NCBI RefSeq assembly: GCF_963921235.1
Contig: NC_086107.1
Location: forward strand, 107,572,001-107,632,000
Reading direction: 5' to 3'
DNA: 60,000 nucleotides
Source: Mobula hypostoma
Taxonomy: Eukaryota
Below, piece by piece: positions 12,541 to 25,164 of this stretch. The position numbers were made by a program, and so were the translations under genes. The number at the start of each line of letters is the position of its first letter. The first letter of the stretch is position 1. Under the pieces are notes generated by a model, which worked only from the letters and a program-made list of their open reading frames with translations, was not told where the DNA came from and did not search any database.

Positions 12541-13930
12541 AAAGTTCAAAATAAATTTATTATCAAAGCACATACATATATGTCACTCTTTATAACCCTG
12601 AGATTCATTTTCTTGTGAGCATACTAGATAAATCCATAATAGAACCAACGAAAAACCCTGCCAACTTGGGCTTTCAACCAGTATGCAAAAGACAACAATC
12701 TGTGAAAGTACTAAAAGAAATAAATAATAATGAATAAATGAGCAATAAGTATTGAGAATGTGAGATGAAGAGTTCTTGAAAGTGAGTCCATAGGTTGTGG
12801 GACCATTTCAATGATGGGGCAAGTGAAGTTGAGTGAAGTTATCCCCTTTGATTCAAGAGTACGTTGACTGATAACTGTTCCTGAGCCTGATGATGTGAGT
12901 CCTGAGGCTCCTGTACCACCTTCCTGATGGCAGCAGCGAGGAGAGTGCATGTGTTGGGTGATGGGGATCCCTGATGATGGATGCTGCTTAGTGTAGAAAT
13001 GCTCAATGGTTGGGAGGGCTTTACCCATGATGGACTGCACCATATACACTACTTTTTGTTGGATTTTCCATTCAAGGACATTGGTGCCTGCGTACAATGC
13101 TCCTTTGGTCAACATCTTCTGGATTGATCATGAAACCATCTTTTTCACTTCTTATGTCTTTTACATTTGTATCTCATCTTGAATGTGACTCTGGAACTGT
13201 CGGAGCCTGTTTTTGCTGTATGGAGATCTTTTGGGTGCGTCAGCATTCTGTAGTCTCTGGGAAGCAGAGGCTCTGTGAGTGAACCTCGTGGCGAGAAGGC
13301 TGCAGGATGGTGCGCAAGCTGATGTTTAACACCATTTTGCCGGTTATAGCTTCCATTGTTTGCAGATTAAAGTGCCAAGGGCAATTGAAACATCAAGGCA
13401 AGTGCCGAAGTTTGGAGCTAGTTTGCGTGTTCAAGCGCTCTGACAGGATTCGGGAGGCAGAGACAGCATGCACGAACGTCTGGGCAGGCGGCAGGACAGG
13501 ACGCAAGACTATGTTTGGCTCCGCTTCGCCAATTAAAATGACAAGGGGGATTGAAGCATCGAAGTGAGTGCAGAGGGTGAGCACTGGCTGCTTGCCTTTT
13601 GATTGGTTGCTCTGTACCGGAGAGGGGAGGGCCTGTCGCTGCATGTTGGCCAGGTTTTTCCTGCATTTTTGATGTGGACTTGGACTATAGATTCTTACTT
13701 TCCAGTCTTATAGTTGTTATGTTGTGTTTTTTCACCAGACCTTCTCATTTTTTGTGTGCGAGGAGGTGAGATTTGGGAGTTGATGATTGTGGTGCTTTTC
13801 TTTTCTTTCTTGGTTTCATGGCAACCTGGAGAAATGAAGAATTTCAGAGTTGTATACTTTGATAATAAATGAACATCTGAACTGTTGGTGTTTCCATAAC
13901 AGGCTATGAAGCAGCCAGTCAATGTAGTCC
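12541..13930 (-). mobile_element. Rex1/Babar-type LINE 3' fragment, interrupted by a nested element
   Basis: Minus-strand LTGCFIACYGNTN resumes after the insertion as ..QKVV..QSIMGKALPTIEH (13695-13922, 12711-13115). The tail AAAGTTCAAA.TAAATTTATTATCA recurs at about 610, 12350 and 52010. Confidence 0.75.
13087..13884 (+). mobile_element. Non-autonomous retroposon nested in the Rex1-type fragment
   Basis: TSD TTGGTG at 13081-13086 and 13885-13890. GC/CpG-rich body and a 3' end TTTGATAATAAATGAACATCTGAAC. Confidence 0.65.
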
Positions 13931-14159
13931 CTGCTGGCAGTCAGTTCTACTGTGCCACTACCACCAGACAGCGTCTTATTTAACACAGTGAAAGAAATTA
14001 GTCTGGTCAGAGTTAAGTTAAAATTTTGATTGTAGCACCTAACAAAATTTTTACACAGATTCTGAATTTTGTGTTTTGTTGAAGCTGTACTACTTGCTAG
14101 TTATATTGTGTAAGTTTGGCTTTGTAAGATTAGTCTTTAAATAAAGGAAGAAAAGATTT

Positions 14160-14162
<3 letters not shown>

Positions 14163-14215
<53 letters not shown>
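14163..14215. repeat. (AT)n microsatellite
   Basis: Pure AT dinucleotide run of about 53 nt. Confidence 0.98.
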
Positions 14216-14217
<2 letters not shown>

Positions 14218-14791
14218 TAATTCCAGAAATATTCATTGTCAGATTATTTAAAAAGGTTAGTCAGCATTGATTTACAGGCAAACTTATTAGTCACTTGGTG
14301 CACAAAATGGATCCTTTGTATGACCTTGAGGTAAATAAAGAGTTGACTTCTTTTGACAGGTCCTGACTATCATTTTTAATTTATTAAACGTGGAGTAGTT
14401 GCTCAACATATGAAAATTGTGACCAATGCAGTTTGCAGCACTGACTCTGCTGGGAATTGAAGACATACTGGAGAATTGTTTGAATGGGGTCGTCTGTTTT
14501 TTTAAATTTCCTCTGCTTTCCATTAACTAACAGCATTTAGCAAAGAAGTGCCCCATGGGGTATGATCTTGTAACAAATCAAACCATAAAAATTCATATCT
14601 CCTGGAAAAAATGCAAAACTAATCCCTTGAGAAATAAGAATGTCCTGTGAAGGAAAATTAATAGTGTTAAGATTTGGAACAAAGGTAGCTTAAGAGAGAC
14701 TTCATAGAGAATAGAAGATATTAAATGGTGTAACATTTGGAGAAGTTTTTCTGCTTATGATCTTTGTCAGTCCTTGCCATTCTTGTTACAG

Positions 14792-14862
14792 ACTGAACGA
14801 GAAGATTTTTCATCAGATGAGCACCGTGACACATCAGAATCTCCAAGTGAAGAGAGCAAGCA
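14792..14862 (+). CDS. Internal exon of the host gene (phase 0 reading TEREDFSSDEHRDTSESPSEESK; alternative frame LNEKIFHQMSTVTHQNLQVKRAS)
   Basis: Acceptor ttcttgttacag and donor CA|gtaagt, 71 nt. Phase 0 continues the 2173-2241 exon, but two frames are open. Confidence 0.6.
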
Positions 14863-15524
14863 GTAAGTAATGAAGAATGTTCAAGGAGATTGTATTTGCA
14901 GTTGGTTTATGATGCTTTGTTTGCCAAAGGACTGCCTCTGAAGTGAGATGTTGTTTCCTTTTGATGTAGTTATGTTCCCTCCCCTTGAGGATTTGATATA
15001 AAGTATATATTTATATATTAAATAATTAAATAAGTGGTGCAAAAAAGCAGAAATTAATCAAAAAGTAGTGAGGTAGTGTTCATGGGTTCAACGTCCACTT
15101 AGAAATTGAATGACGGGAAGAAGCTGTTCCTAAATTGCTGAACGTGTGTCTTCAGGCATCTCTACCTCCTTCCTGATGGTAACAATGAAAAGGGGGTGTA
15201 TCACTGAACAATTAGTAGTCTGTGCTCCCCTCTTGCCTCATCTGTTATTCAAGAGATAACTTGCCTACTTTAAGTAGATCCTCTTACTTTGGCCCATGTT
15301 ATTGGATATATATTACTAGAAACTAAGCACATAATGCAATGATATGCTATTGGAGTAATACAGGAAGAGGAGTGAAGGGCCTTTGTTTCATTTGTGATAT
15401 AGTCACAAAGGTTATGTGTGCAAATCCCACCCTGAGAGAGAAAAATATTGTCTGATACTCCTTACAGTTAATTAAATGCTGCACAGTTTCAGATGCATTT
15501 TTCCCAGATAAAACATTGAATTGA

Positions 15525-15785
15525 GAGCCAGGTGGACATGGCCTTTTGGATGAATTCAAGAAGGGGAATTCCCTCTGTGGTTCTATCTAGTAATTATCCT
15601 TCATCCAACATCGTTACAGCAGATTATTTATGCATATTGCCGTCTGTGGGAGCTTGCTCTGTGCAAATTGGCTGCATAATTCCTGTGTTGCAGCATTGAC
15701 TGCAGTTCCGAAATATCTAATTGACTAGAAAGTGTTTCTAAAGTCTGCTAGGTCACAAACAAGGTGGTGTATGAATCTAAATCCT
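15525..15785 (+). mobile_element. Old DeuSINE (AmnSINE1/SacSINE1-like) remnant
   Basis: Contains TTGCCGTCTGTGGGAGCTTGCTCTGTGCAAATTGGCTGC, recognised as the conserved Deu domain, followed by a decayed 3' tail. A similar antisense remnant lies at about 24370-24700. Confidence 0.65.
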
Positions 15786-18355
15786 TGCACTCTTTGTGAT
15801 AGTTGAGTATACTCGTGTATCTTGCAGTCTGTGAAGAGAAGTATGTTATTACTTCTGTTGTGCTTTGCCAGTGCACAATGTTTTAACACATTTGTCCCTC
15901 AGGTGGCTTTAGTTCATGGGTTTTTTTTTTGTAATTTATATTTTATTGAATTTCATCATCAAAGAAACATTTCCATAAGATGTTTTTCAGATACTGTACA
16001 TAAATATCATATAATCATATTTGTCACAAATCTCCACGTAATATTTATCTGAGGTATATGCTTATAGAAAGGAGAGGAAAGAAAGAACAATCGAAAGAAG
16101 AAAACTATGTACAGAGTAGGAAGTGATCTTTTTTTGCAACATATTCATTGACTTGTGAGAATAAAATCAGGCCTATGAGGTGTTACGTAGTTAAACCATT
16201 TTTTCCAGTATAAATAAAATTGTTCCAACTTAATGATTAACAGATGCTGTTATCTTCTCCATTTTGTAAATGTCCATTGCAATTTCCATCCATACATTTA
16301 AAGTTGGGTTCTCCTGTGATAACCATTTCCTGGTAAGGGTCTTTTTACCAGCTACCAGCAGTATATTCATTAAATATTTATCTCTTTTCAACCATTCATG
16401 AGGTATATACCCAAATTAATGGTCTTACTCTCTAAGGGTATTTCACATTTAAAGATGTCTTGTAGGGCATTATGTATCCCACTCCAATAGTCTTTGATAA
16501 CGGGGCATTCCCAGAAAATATGATAATGGTTTGCATTTTGTTTTCCACAATTTCTCCAGCAAACAGGGGGGTTACTATCGTAATGGGATTTCTCAGAGGG
16601 TGTAATAAAATATCTTATCAAGTTTTTCCACCTGAACTCCCTCCATTTCTGTGAACTGGTACACTTCCATTGATACCTCCATATTATTGTCCTGTCTTCC
16701 TCCGATATTATTATCCCTCCTTCCTTCTCCCATTTTGTTTTAATGTATGAAGTCGAATGTGTTTTAAGATTTGACAAACCCTTATACACGCTTGAAATGA
16801 TTTTACTACCATTGTCTGAATTAAATGCTTTTCTAAATAGCTCTATCAGACATGTACTTGCCTTGGTTACATTTTTAACTGTCCTATTAACATACTGTCG
16901 CATCTGTAAATACCGGTAAAAGTCTTGTTTTTCTAATAAGTGTTTCTCTTTGAGCATTTCAAAACTGAACAGTGTTCCTTCTTTCATTATATTGCAAATA
17001 GCTGTTATTCCTTTAGCTATCCAGTCCTTAAATCTAGCATCCAGTTTATTCGGCGTAAAATCCGCGTCATATGCACACCATTTAAGAATTGCAATGTCTC
17101 TCTCTAGTTTATATTCTTTTATAATAGTTTTCCATATTTTAAGAGTCCATTTCACCCACGGGTTGTCACTTTTATTTGTGTAACTCTGTAGGTTGTTCTC
17201 AGCCATAATTGCCTGTATGGGGATGGAAAGTATCCTCTCCTCAATGTTTTTCCATTGAGCGTCATATGATGGGTTGCACCAGCATATCATAGCTCTCAAC
17301 TGTGCTGCAAAATAATAATCTCTAAGAGAAGGTAGGCCCCATCCCCCCTTTTCCTTGGCTAATTGCAAAGTTTTGAGACAAACCCTAGGCCTTTTACCTT
17401 GCCATATATATACCTTGATAGTATCTTATTCCATTCATTGAATTGATTTTGGTTAATCTCTATTGAAAGAGATAAAAACTGCAATTAGGGTCTGGGCAGT
17501 ATATTCATTTTAATAGATTCAATCCTTGAACTGAGACCAAGAAAAGGAATTAGGTTCCATCTTGTTATATCTTCCTTAATTTTTTTTACATATAGACTGA
17601 TAATTGCATTCTGATAATTTTGCCAAATCTTTTGGCATAATGGTGCCCAAATATTTGATGGACTCTGTTTGCCATGCCCAGGAATATCTACTTTCAATTT
17701 CTCTTGGTGGGCTATAGTTATATGAAAGTAGTTGGGTTTTATCTATGTTGATCTTTGTATCCTGATAATTGGCCATATTGTTCAAAGGATTGCATCAATT
17801 TGGGTAAAGAGTCTGTTGGTTGCCCTAGATAGATCTAAATGTCATCCGTGTAACAGGCCAATTTATGCTCTGCCCCTTTAATAGTAATTCCCCTGATATC
17901 TTCATTTTGTCTGATGTACTGAGCTAATGGTTTCAGATATAATGCGAAGAGTAGTGGTGACCATGCACAACCCTGTCTCGTGCCCCATTCTAGGAAAAAC
18001 TATTAGATAAATATCCATTGATTTTAATCCTGGCAGTAGTGTCGTATAGTGCCTGTATAGTTTTAATAATTGTGTCATGTAGACCAAATCTATGTAAAAC
18101 TCTATAAAGAAAATTCTAATTAGCCGAATCAAATGCCTTTTCAGCATCCACTCTTATCACTATTGCTTCAATTTCATTTTTTTTATATGATCAATAATGT
18201 GAAGTGTCCTTCGTATATTGTCTTGAGTTTGGCGTTGTTGTATGAAACCTGTCTGATCATTATGTATCAGTGTGGGTAGAAACTCTTCTAATCGTTTGGC
18301 AATGATGGAGGTAAATATTCTATAATCCACATTAAGAACAGATATTGGTCTAAAT

Positions 18356-19137
18356 CAGCGGTCCCCAACCACCGGACCGCGGACCGGTACCGGGCCGTAA
18401 AGCATGTGCTACCAGGCCACGAGGAAACGATATGAGTCAGCTGCACCTTTCCTCATTCCCTGTCATGCACTGTTGAACTTGAACACAGGGTTGCCAACTG
18501 TTCCGTATTTGCTGGGACATCCCTTATATTGGGCTAAATTGGATTTGTTCCATATGGGACCGCCCTTGTTCCGTTTTTCCCCTGCTAAGGTAGAGCGTTC
18601 CTATGAAACCTTTCGTGATGAAATGGTGTAAAGCGAAGAAGCAATTACCAGTAATTTATATGGGAAAAATTTTTGAGCGTTCCCAGACCCGAAAAATAAC
18701 CTAACAAATCATACCAAATAACACATAAAACCGAAAATAAATAACACTAACATATAGTAAAAGCAGGAATGATATGATACACAGCCTATATAAAGTAGAA
18801 ATAATGTATGTACAGTATAGTCGGGAAGATGAAGGCAAAACCGATTTGTGGGAAAAAAAAATCGACACGTACGCGCATGTGCACATCACATGCGCTTATG
18901 GTGCCCGCGCAAGGCTTCATGGTCATGGTAGTCTTCCTTGGTGTAAAGTGTCCCGGGATTTGACTTCTACTTTTGTCCCTTATTTGGGAGTGAGAAAGTT
19001 GGCAACCCTAACTGTAAAAGACATGTTAAGGTGAGTTTAACCCTACTTGAACACACCCCTCCCCCCCGTCAGCCGGTCCACAAGAATATTGTCAATATTA
19101 AACTGGTCCGCAGTGCAAAAAAGGTTGTGGACCCTTG
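18356..19137. mobile_element. hAT (Charlie-type) MITE inserted into L1 ORF2
   Basis: TIRs CAGCGGTCCCCAACC / GGTTGTGGACCCTTG. 8-bp TSD GTCTAAAT (18348-18355) / GTCTAAGT (19138-19145) with the central TA typical of Charlie targets. Confidence 0.9.
18486..19045. mobile_element. Second hAT-type MITE nested in the Charlie MITE
   Basis: Perfect 8-bp TSD CTTGAACA at 18478-18485 and 19046-19053. Left end CAGGGTTGCCAACT. A full inverted copy AGTTGGCAACCCTA ends at 19010 and a short AACCCTA ends at 19045. Confidence 0.8.
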
Positions 19138-21153
19138 GTCTAAGTGACCCAAATTCCATTTTATCCTTGCCTTCTTTCTCTGTAGCTGAGATTATCGCCT
19201 CCTTCTAGCTGGGTGGCATTTACGCCTTTCTCAGGGCCCAGTTCAGTGTGGGGAGTAAAATAGGAATTAACTCACTTCTAAACTCTTTATACCACTCTGC
19301 CGTATATCCATCTGATCCTGGTGACTTGCTTAATTTAAGCCTACTAATTGCAGTTTTTAGTTCAGCTTCAGTTATGTCAGCAGTCATCTTTCTATTTTGT
19401 TCTTTGCTTAAAGTGGGTAACTCTAAAGAATTCAGGAAGGTGTCAATTTGGGTTAAGCTTCCCCCTGGAACTTTGGAATTATAGAGTTTTGTAAAACAGT
19501 TCAAAAGCTTCATGAATTTCACTTAGCTTTTTTTAAATCACTTTTGTTCTTGGATCTCTAATTCTATGAATTGTATTTTCTGCTATCTTTTTTTCAGTTT
19601 CCATGCCAGTATTTTCATAGATTTAGATCCACTTTCATAGTGTCTCTGTTTCAGGAACATTAATTTTTTTCTAATTTCTTGTGTAGCCAAACTATTAATT
19701 TCATTCCTAATTTTTTTAGTTTCCTCTAGTATATCCTGTGCCAAACTCAAGTTATGTTTTTTTTCTAGTTCCTTCAGCTTATTTTGTAATTCCGCTAATG
19801 TTTTATTCCTTATTTTTTTCTTCTATGACGATATCACTATAATTTTCCCTCTTAAGACAGCCTTCAGAGTATCCCATAGAATGGGAGGTGAAACCTCTCC
19901 ATTATCATTGAATTCTAAGTAAAGACCAATTTTTAAAATTTGTTCCTTAAAATAGGGATCATTGAGTAGACTTGCATTTAGTTTCCAAATAGTAGTCTTT
20001 GGTTGTAGGTCAAAATCAACAGATAAATATATAGGTGCATGGTCACTTACATCTATTGTCCCAATTCCACGGGTGATTATTTTGTGTCTATCTTTTCCAA
20101 ATGTTATGAAATAGTCCATTCTTGTATATACGGAATTGGGGTCAGAATAATGAGTGTAATCCCTTCTGTCGGGGAAAAGGTCCCTCTATATATCAATTAG
20201 ACCAACATTCTCAAAAAGAGTGTTAACTTTCTTATGTAAGGACTTTGTTTCATAAGTTTTTCTATTGGAAGAGTCTAACTTTGGTTGTAATTTTAAATTT
20301 AAGTCTTCCCCCACATATCAAAAGACCTTCTGTTTCCGTTACCATAATATTAGTAATTTTCTGGAAGAAACTAATATCACTTCCTGGGAGTGCGTATATA
20401 TTCAATAAAGTAACTGGATTTCCATCTATATTCCCCCTTACCAGACTATATCTGCCCTCCTTATCTCCCATTTCGAATACTTTTTCAAAATTTAGCTTAC
20501 TTGAGATGAGAATAGCAACTACTCTTCTATGTCCTGATTTATATGAGGAGAAAAACAAATTAGTGAAGCCCATTCTCTTTAATTCCATTCCATGCTCATT
20601 ATCACTTAAGTGAGTTTCCTGTAAATATACTACATGGGCTTGTACTTTTTTCATTTTTGGTAGAATTTTACTGCGCTTGACTAGATTCAACAGCCCATTG
20701 ACATTAAAAGAAATAAATTTTACTTTGTCCTTAGCCATGTGTATTTATCTGTTAGTATATCATTGAAATTTGCAGAATATAATTTAATCGATCTACTCCC
20801 TGAACAGATAAGAGCCAAGAAACATGAATAATTTTAAAAAAAGGTAACGAAGGTGTGATTCCAAGGCTGGGGTCTCTAGATGACCTGGGTTGAGCTAAAA
20901 GAGACGTCTAGCCGTGGGGGATAGCCCCTCCTACCTGTGAGTTGAGGGCCCCCGCTGCAGTACCTATGAAAGTAAGTAGAAAAAAATCTATGTCCATTAC
21001 ACAGAAATGATTTCCTTGTGTATTCCTCCCATGTATATATTCTCATTTAGGTGGGGAAAAAGGAATAAATGAATGAATTTTAAAAAAATTGAGTAATATA
21101 AAGTCCACATTATAATACGTATTTCTTGATATAGGTATATCATCATCTATTTT

Positions 21154-21380
21154 ACAACCAGAGAGTGGTGGATATATGGAATGCTCTGCCCCAGAAGGCT
21201 GAGGAGGCCAAGTCTCTGGATGCTTTCAAGAAAGGGATGGATAGAGCTCTTAAAGATAGCGGAATCAAAGGTTATGGGGATAAGGCGGGAACTAGATACT
21301 GATTGTGGATGATCAGCCATGATCACAGTGAATGGCGGTGCTGGCTCGAAGGGCCGAATGTCCTACTCCTGCACCTATTG
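21154..21380 (+). mobile_element. 5'-truncated CR1 3' end inserted in the L1 inter-ORF region
   Basis: CCAGAGAGTGGTGGATATATGGAATGCTCTGCC..GAAGGGCCGAATG..CTACTCCTGCACCTATTG, with TCTATTTT on both flanks. Confidence 0.88.
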
Positions 21381-21545
21381 TCTATTTTTGCTTCCGTTTA
21401 GTTTCTCAGCACTTTTAAAGTTAGCCAAACCGTATGGCTCTTCTGGAGGAGGTGAGGGCTGCCCTCGGAGAACTCACAGTCTCTTCCTAATATCCTTCTC
21501 TCGTACTGTTCCGGTCCCTTGGTTTCTTGGTTCTCTTACTATTTC

Positions 21546-22298
21546 CTAAGCAGATCGGGATAACTGCTCAGCCAGACTTTCCCTTGGTTTGACCACGCTA
21601 ATGGGCAGTCCTCTGTTATTCATGTCTGTAGTCGCCTCTTCCACCGTCTGATATAGCTGTATCCCTTGGTAAAATACCCTCAGTTTAGCAGGGTATGGGG
21701 TTTGGAATTTAATCTTTTCTTGCTTTAATATTCGTTTTGCTTCGGAATATTCCTTCCATTTCTGTAGGACTGCCGGGCGGTAATCATGATCGAAGTATAT
21801 TAACTTCCGGTTCCAAGACACCCTCTTCATACCCCAGGCCCTTTGTAGAATCTCCGCCTTGCTCTTGAATTGAAGGAATTTAAGTACTACTGAGCGCGGT
21901 TTACTTTGTCTGTCTCTGGGAGGCCGTGGGACAACTGAACGATGCACCCTCTCAGTTTCAATCTCCATAGTCTGGGGAATCTCCAGCGCTTCTCGCAGCA
22001 GCTTGTCTACAAAGTCTATCATGGGCAATCCCTTCCCTTTGGGAACATTATAAGTCCTGATATTTTTCCGTCACGATCTTCCCTCCTGGTCAAGCAATTT
22101 ACTTTCCTGTTGATTTAATGTTTTTATAGTCCTACTTAGTATCTGTTCCACTTTTTGCACGCGATCTTCCACCTTCTCAATTCGAGTCTCTGCCACCACT
22201 ATTTTCTGATTGATGTTGGCGAGCTCTGACTTTATATCATTGAGTTGCTGTTTTATATCTTTTTGGACTTTCCTTATCTCTTCCAGAATTTTTATCAT
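21546..22298 (-). pseudogene. L1 ORF1 (coiled coil plus RRM/CTD), frameshifted
   Basis: Coiled coil ..AETRIEKVEDRV..LDQEGRS (22071-22298), then ERVHRS..PRSVVLKF..IYFDHDY..YPAKLRV (21546-22028), typical of fish L1 ORF1p. Confidence 0.9.
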
Positions 22299-23593
22299 AT
22301 TTGCCGCTTCGCCTGAACGAGGCCCCGCGTCAGCCTAGCCGCCATGCGCACGTGCGGGAGAGCCGCTCATTGTACCTCTCTCTTCCATAGGCTCTGGAGT
22401 GGTGCTTTTTTAATCTCCATTCTTTTTCCCCATTCTTGTCCCCCCTTATCAATTCAGATATTTTCGAAAGATCTTGTATATGATGGACTAACGGGGCAAA
22501 ATGTGCGTTTTTCCGGAGGAGCTGTTGATTTAAGCTGCCATTCTGGATGATAACGTCACCGGAACTCCCAGTTCATGGGTGTTTCAAATGGAATTACAAC
22601 TTGGAAACTTCAGATTAAGTTGTTGCCAACTTTATGCTTTTCAGCAATAACCTTTAATGTTTTGTATTATTTTATAACTTTCATATACTTAATTCTAAAT
22701 TACTGATTTTGTAGAAATGATTTACAGTAATTGATAATCTCTTAACTGTAAATTCAGAAATCGCTTGGGTCCAAGAATTAGCTCACCATCTAATTTCTTC
22801 TGTGCTCCCATCTAATTTACTAGCGCCATTATTCCTGAGCCCCCTTTAAGCATACTGAGTTCACTGGGAAATTTATTATTTAAAAAATAGTGAGAAAGTG
22901 TTGTGGTAGATGGCCCAAAAATCCTGAGTGTACCAGATTGTTAGAGTTTTACTATACACAGAATTTCCATTCTAGGATTTTGTTTGTTCTCTTCTTGTCC
23001 TAAATTTCCTAAACTTGATGCTGTTCCTGGACAGGTTAATTTTTTTTTTGTATAATGATAAATACTTCAGTTTCATGGTAGATAGCTAGAAAATATAGCA
23101 TAAGTCGCAAGTACACAAATAGCCAATTATGTATAAATATGTTGAAGATCGTGTACGGTTTGAGTAATTTAGTTTAATTTTGTACTGTGTGGATGTTCTC
23201 TCTGCAAAGCTTTTATAAGAGGGCACATTACGTTTTGTACTTTATATGGAATACAGTGCTCAGCCTAGGTATGGACAACTGTTTTTTAAAAAAAAAACTT
23301 GCAGTCGATTTTAGATGATTAAAACTGGTTCAAAGCAGAACTTGTTCTCTTCTTCCTTACTTGTGTTGGAATTGGAATATGATTTCTCATCTTTAATTTT
23401 ATTTGAAGATTCAGCATTCCAGTTTAATGTCACCAAAACCATCACTATTCTTGTGATGGTGCCCATATGCAAAGACCATTACCTTAGGATAGCTCTATAC
23501 AGAGCAGAATTTCTGCGTTTCTGCATAATGCTTTCTCATTTTCATGGGGCATCTCTGGGGAGTATTTACTTTTTCCTCTGATTTACCTCTGAG

Positions 23594-23641
23594 CAACTGC
23601 CTTCTGGATGAACTACAAATCTTCAAGTTGAAGACAGAAAG
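23594..23641 (+). CDS. Candidate host exon (phase 2-2, NCLLDELQIFKLKTE)
   Basis: Pyrimidine tract with a weak GAG acceptor and donor AAG|gtaatt. The single open frame is compatible with the phase-0 reading of exon 14792-14862. Confidence 0.4.
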
Positions 23642-24015
23642 GTAATTGACAGTTCCCTTTTGCTCAATGTGCCTATAACCTTGCCATTATTCATTAAGCA
23701 GACCTTTATCTTGGAGCCTGTCAAGTAATTGCTCACCTGAGACCTGCAGCTATTGCTGAGTTTTTTTTTGCTGACACCAACCCTGTCAGTAAGTGTGGGC
23801 ATCCCCTATACTTGGACAGGCAGGATGCTGTTCGTACAATCTTTTAGTGGATATTGAGGCAACAGGGACCTGACCTATCCACTCTTGATGATGGCTCACA
23901 ATTGCCCATTATATTGAGTTCTTTTGAATAAAATACTTTCTGGACCTTGTTATTGGTTAATTTCTCAAGTCACATTAATTGTGTGCTTTCCTGTAAACTT
24001 TTATCTTCCCTCCAG

Positions 24016-24047
24016 CAGAATTTCTGACTAGATTTCTGAATGCCAAA
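24016..24047 (+). other. Candidate 32-nt host exon (NAGNAG acceptor)
   Basis: Strong acceptor ttttatcttccctccag(cag) and donor AAA|gtaaga. Open only in phase 1 (EFLTRFLNAK); phase 2 hits TAG. Confidence 0.35.
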
Positions 24048-25164
24048 GTAAGATTAAATCAAATTTATAAGGTGAATTTATGCAAAATTAAAGTAGCAAT
24101 CTTGTAAATTTTAGCAGTGCTTTTTCCATTATAGTGCAGGGCGCATTAGAGTGTAGTTGGAATCAAACTGCCTGCCTGTGTACAATTTGATCCAGAGCAG
24201 CTGTTTGTCTAAACCAGTTATACCAAGTGTAAGTGTGCTGTGTAGCAACTCCGACCATATGAAAAAGAAATAGCTTGCATCAACAACGCAAGGGCCCAGT
24301 TTGGGGAAAGCTTGTACTTTTTCTCTGGAAAGAAATTCTGTGTGAACATAGTTAAAGTTCTTTAAGAGGTACATTTATATTGGGCACTTCCTTTCAGGCT
24401 GTTGCTTTGTTTTACAGTTGAATCATAATTCTGTTGAAATATGGCAGCCATTTCCCAGATAGCTGGTGTTCTCAAACAATAAATTAGTAATAGGAATAGC
24501 TTAACTGCTGTTCTATGAAGTAGTGATAAAGGATCTTTATATAAACTGGAGAGAATAGATGGGACCTCAGTTTAAATATTCATCTGAAAAATGCCTGCCA
24601 TCTTTCTGCCATGTACAGCAGTCTTTCAATACTTTCCTTGGGCTGCTGCCTAGTTTTGTGTGTGGAGTTTCTGGAGCAAGATTTAAACCTGCTTGTCTGA
24701 AGGATGCCAGAATTTGCATTAGTAATTGGACTTGGAAAATGTCAAATAAATGTTATAGAATTAGATAGAACATAGAATAGTACAGCACATTACTGGCCCT
24801 TTGGCCCACAATGTTGTGCTGTACTATTGAAGGTGACAAATAAAATGAACCTGTTATTTCCAACAAAGTCTATGTATTCTCAACCTTAAATGAAATCAAA
24901 ATGCTGGAGATACTCATCAGGTCTAACAAGAAACAGTATAAAACAGTTAAAGCTTTAGATTTATACCCTTTCATCAGAACTTCCATTGATCAGTTGTTGA
25001 CCTCAAACATAAAACACTATTTCTGTCAGCATAGATGGCACCTGATTTCTAGACTATCTCCCGCATGTTCTGCTTTTATTTCTGATTTTCATTAAATGCA
25101 GCATTTTAGCTTTTGTTTATATCAGGGGTTCCCAACCTGGAGTCCATGGACCCCTTGCTTAATA

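Larger units (their letters stand above)
16388..20738 (-). pseudogene. L1 ORF2 (APE endonuclease, RT, C-terminal CCHC/zf-RVT), frameshifted
   Basis: SFNVNGL..YLQETH (20262-20738), DYF..SDH (19823-20119), KSPGSDGY..EWYK (19220-19522), IKYLG (17485-17785), KGGWGLP..CWRNCG...HIFWEC (16388-17368). Confidence 0.92.
15921..22569 (-). mobile_element. Full-length, decayed L1-clade LINE, antisense in a host intron
   Basis: TSD AGTTCATGGGT at 15911-15921 and 22570-22580, polyA (T10 at 15921-15930) preceded by AATAAA, 5' end GGGAGTTCCGGTGACG, and both ORF1 and ORF2 remnants present. Confidence 0.95.
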
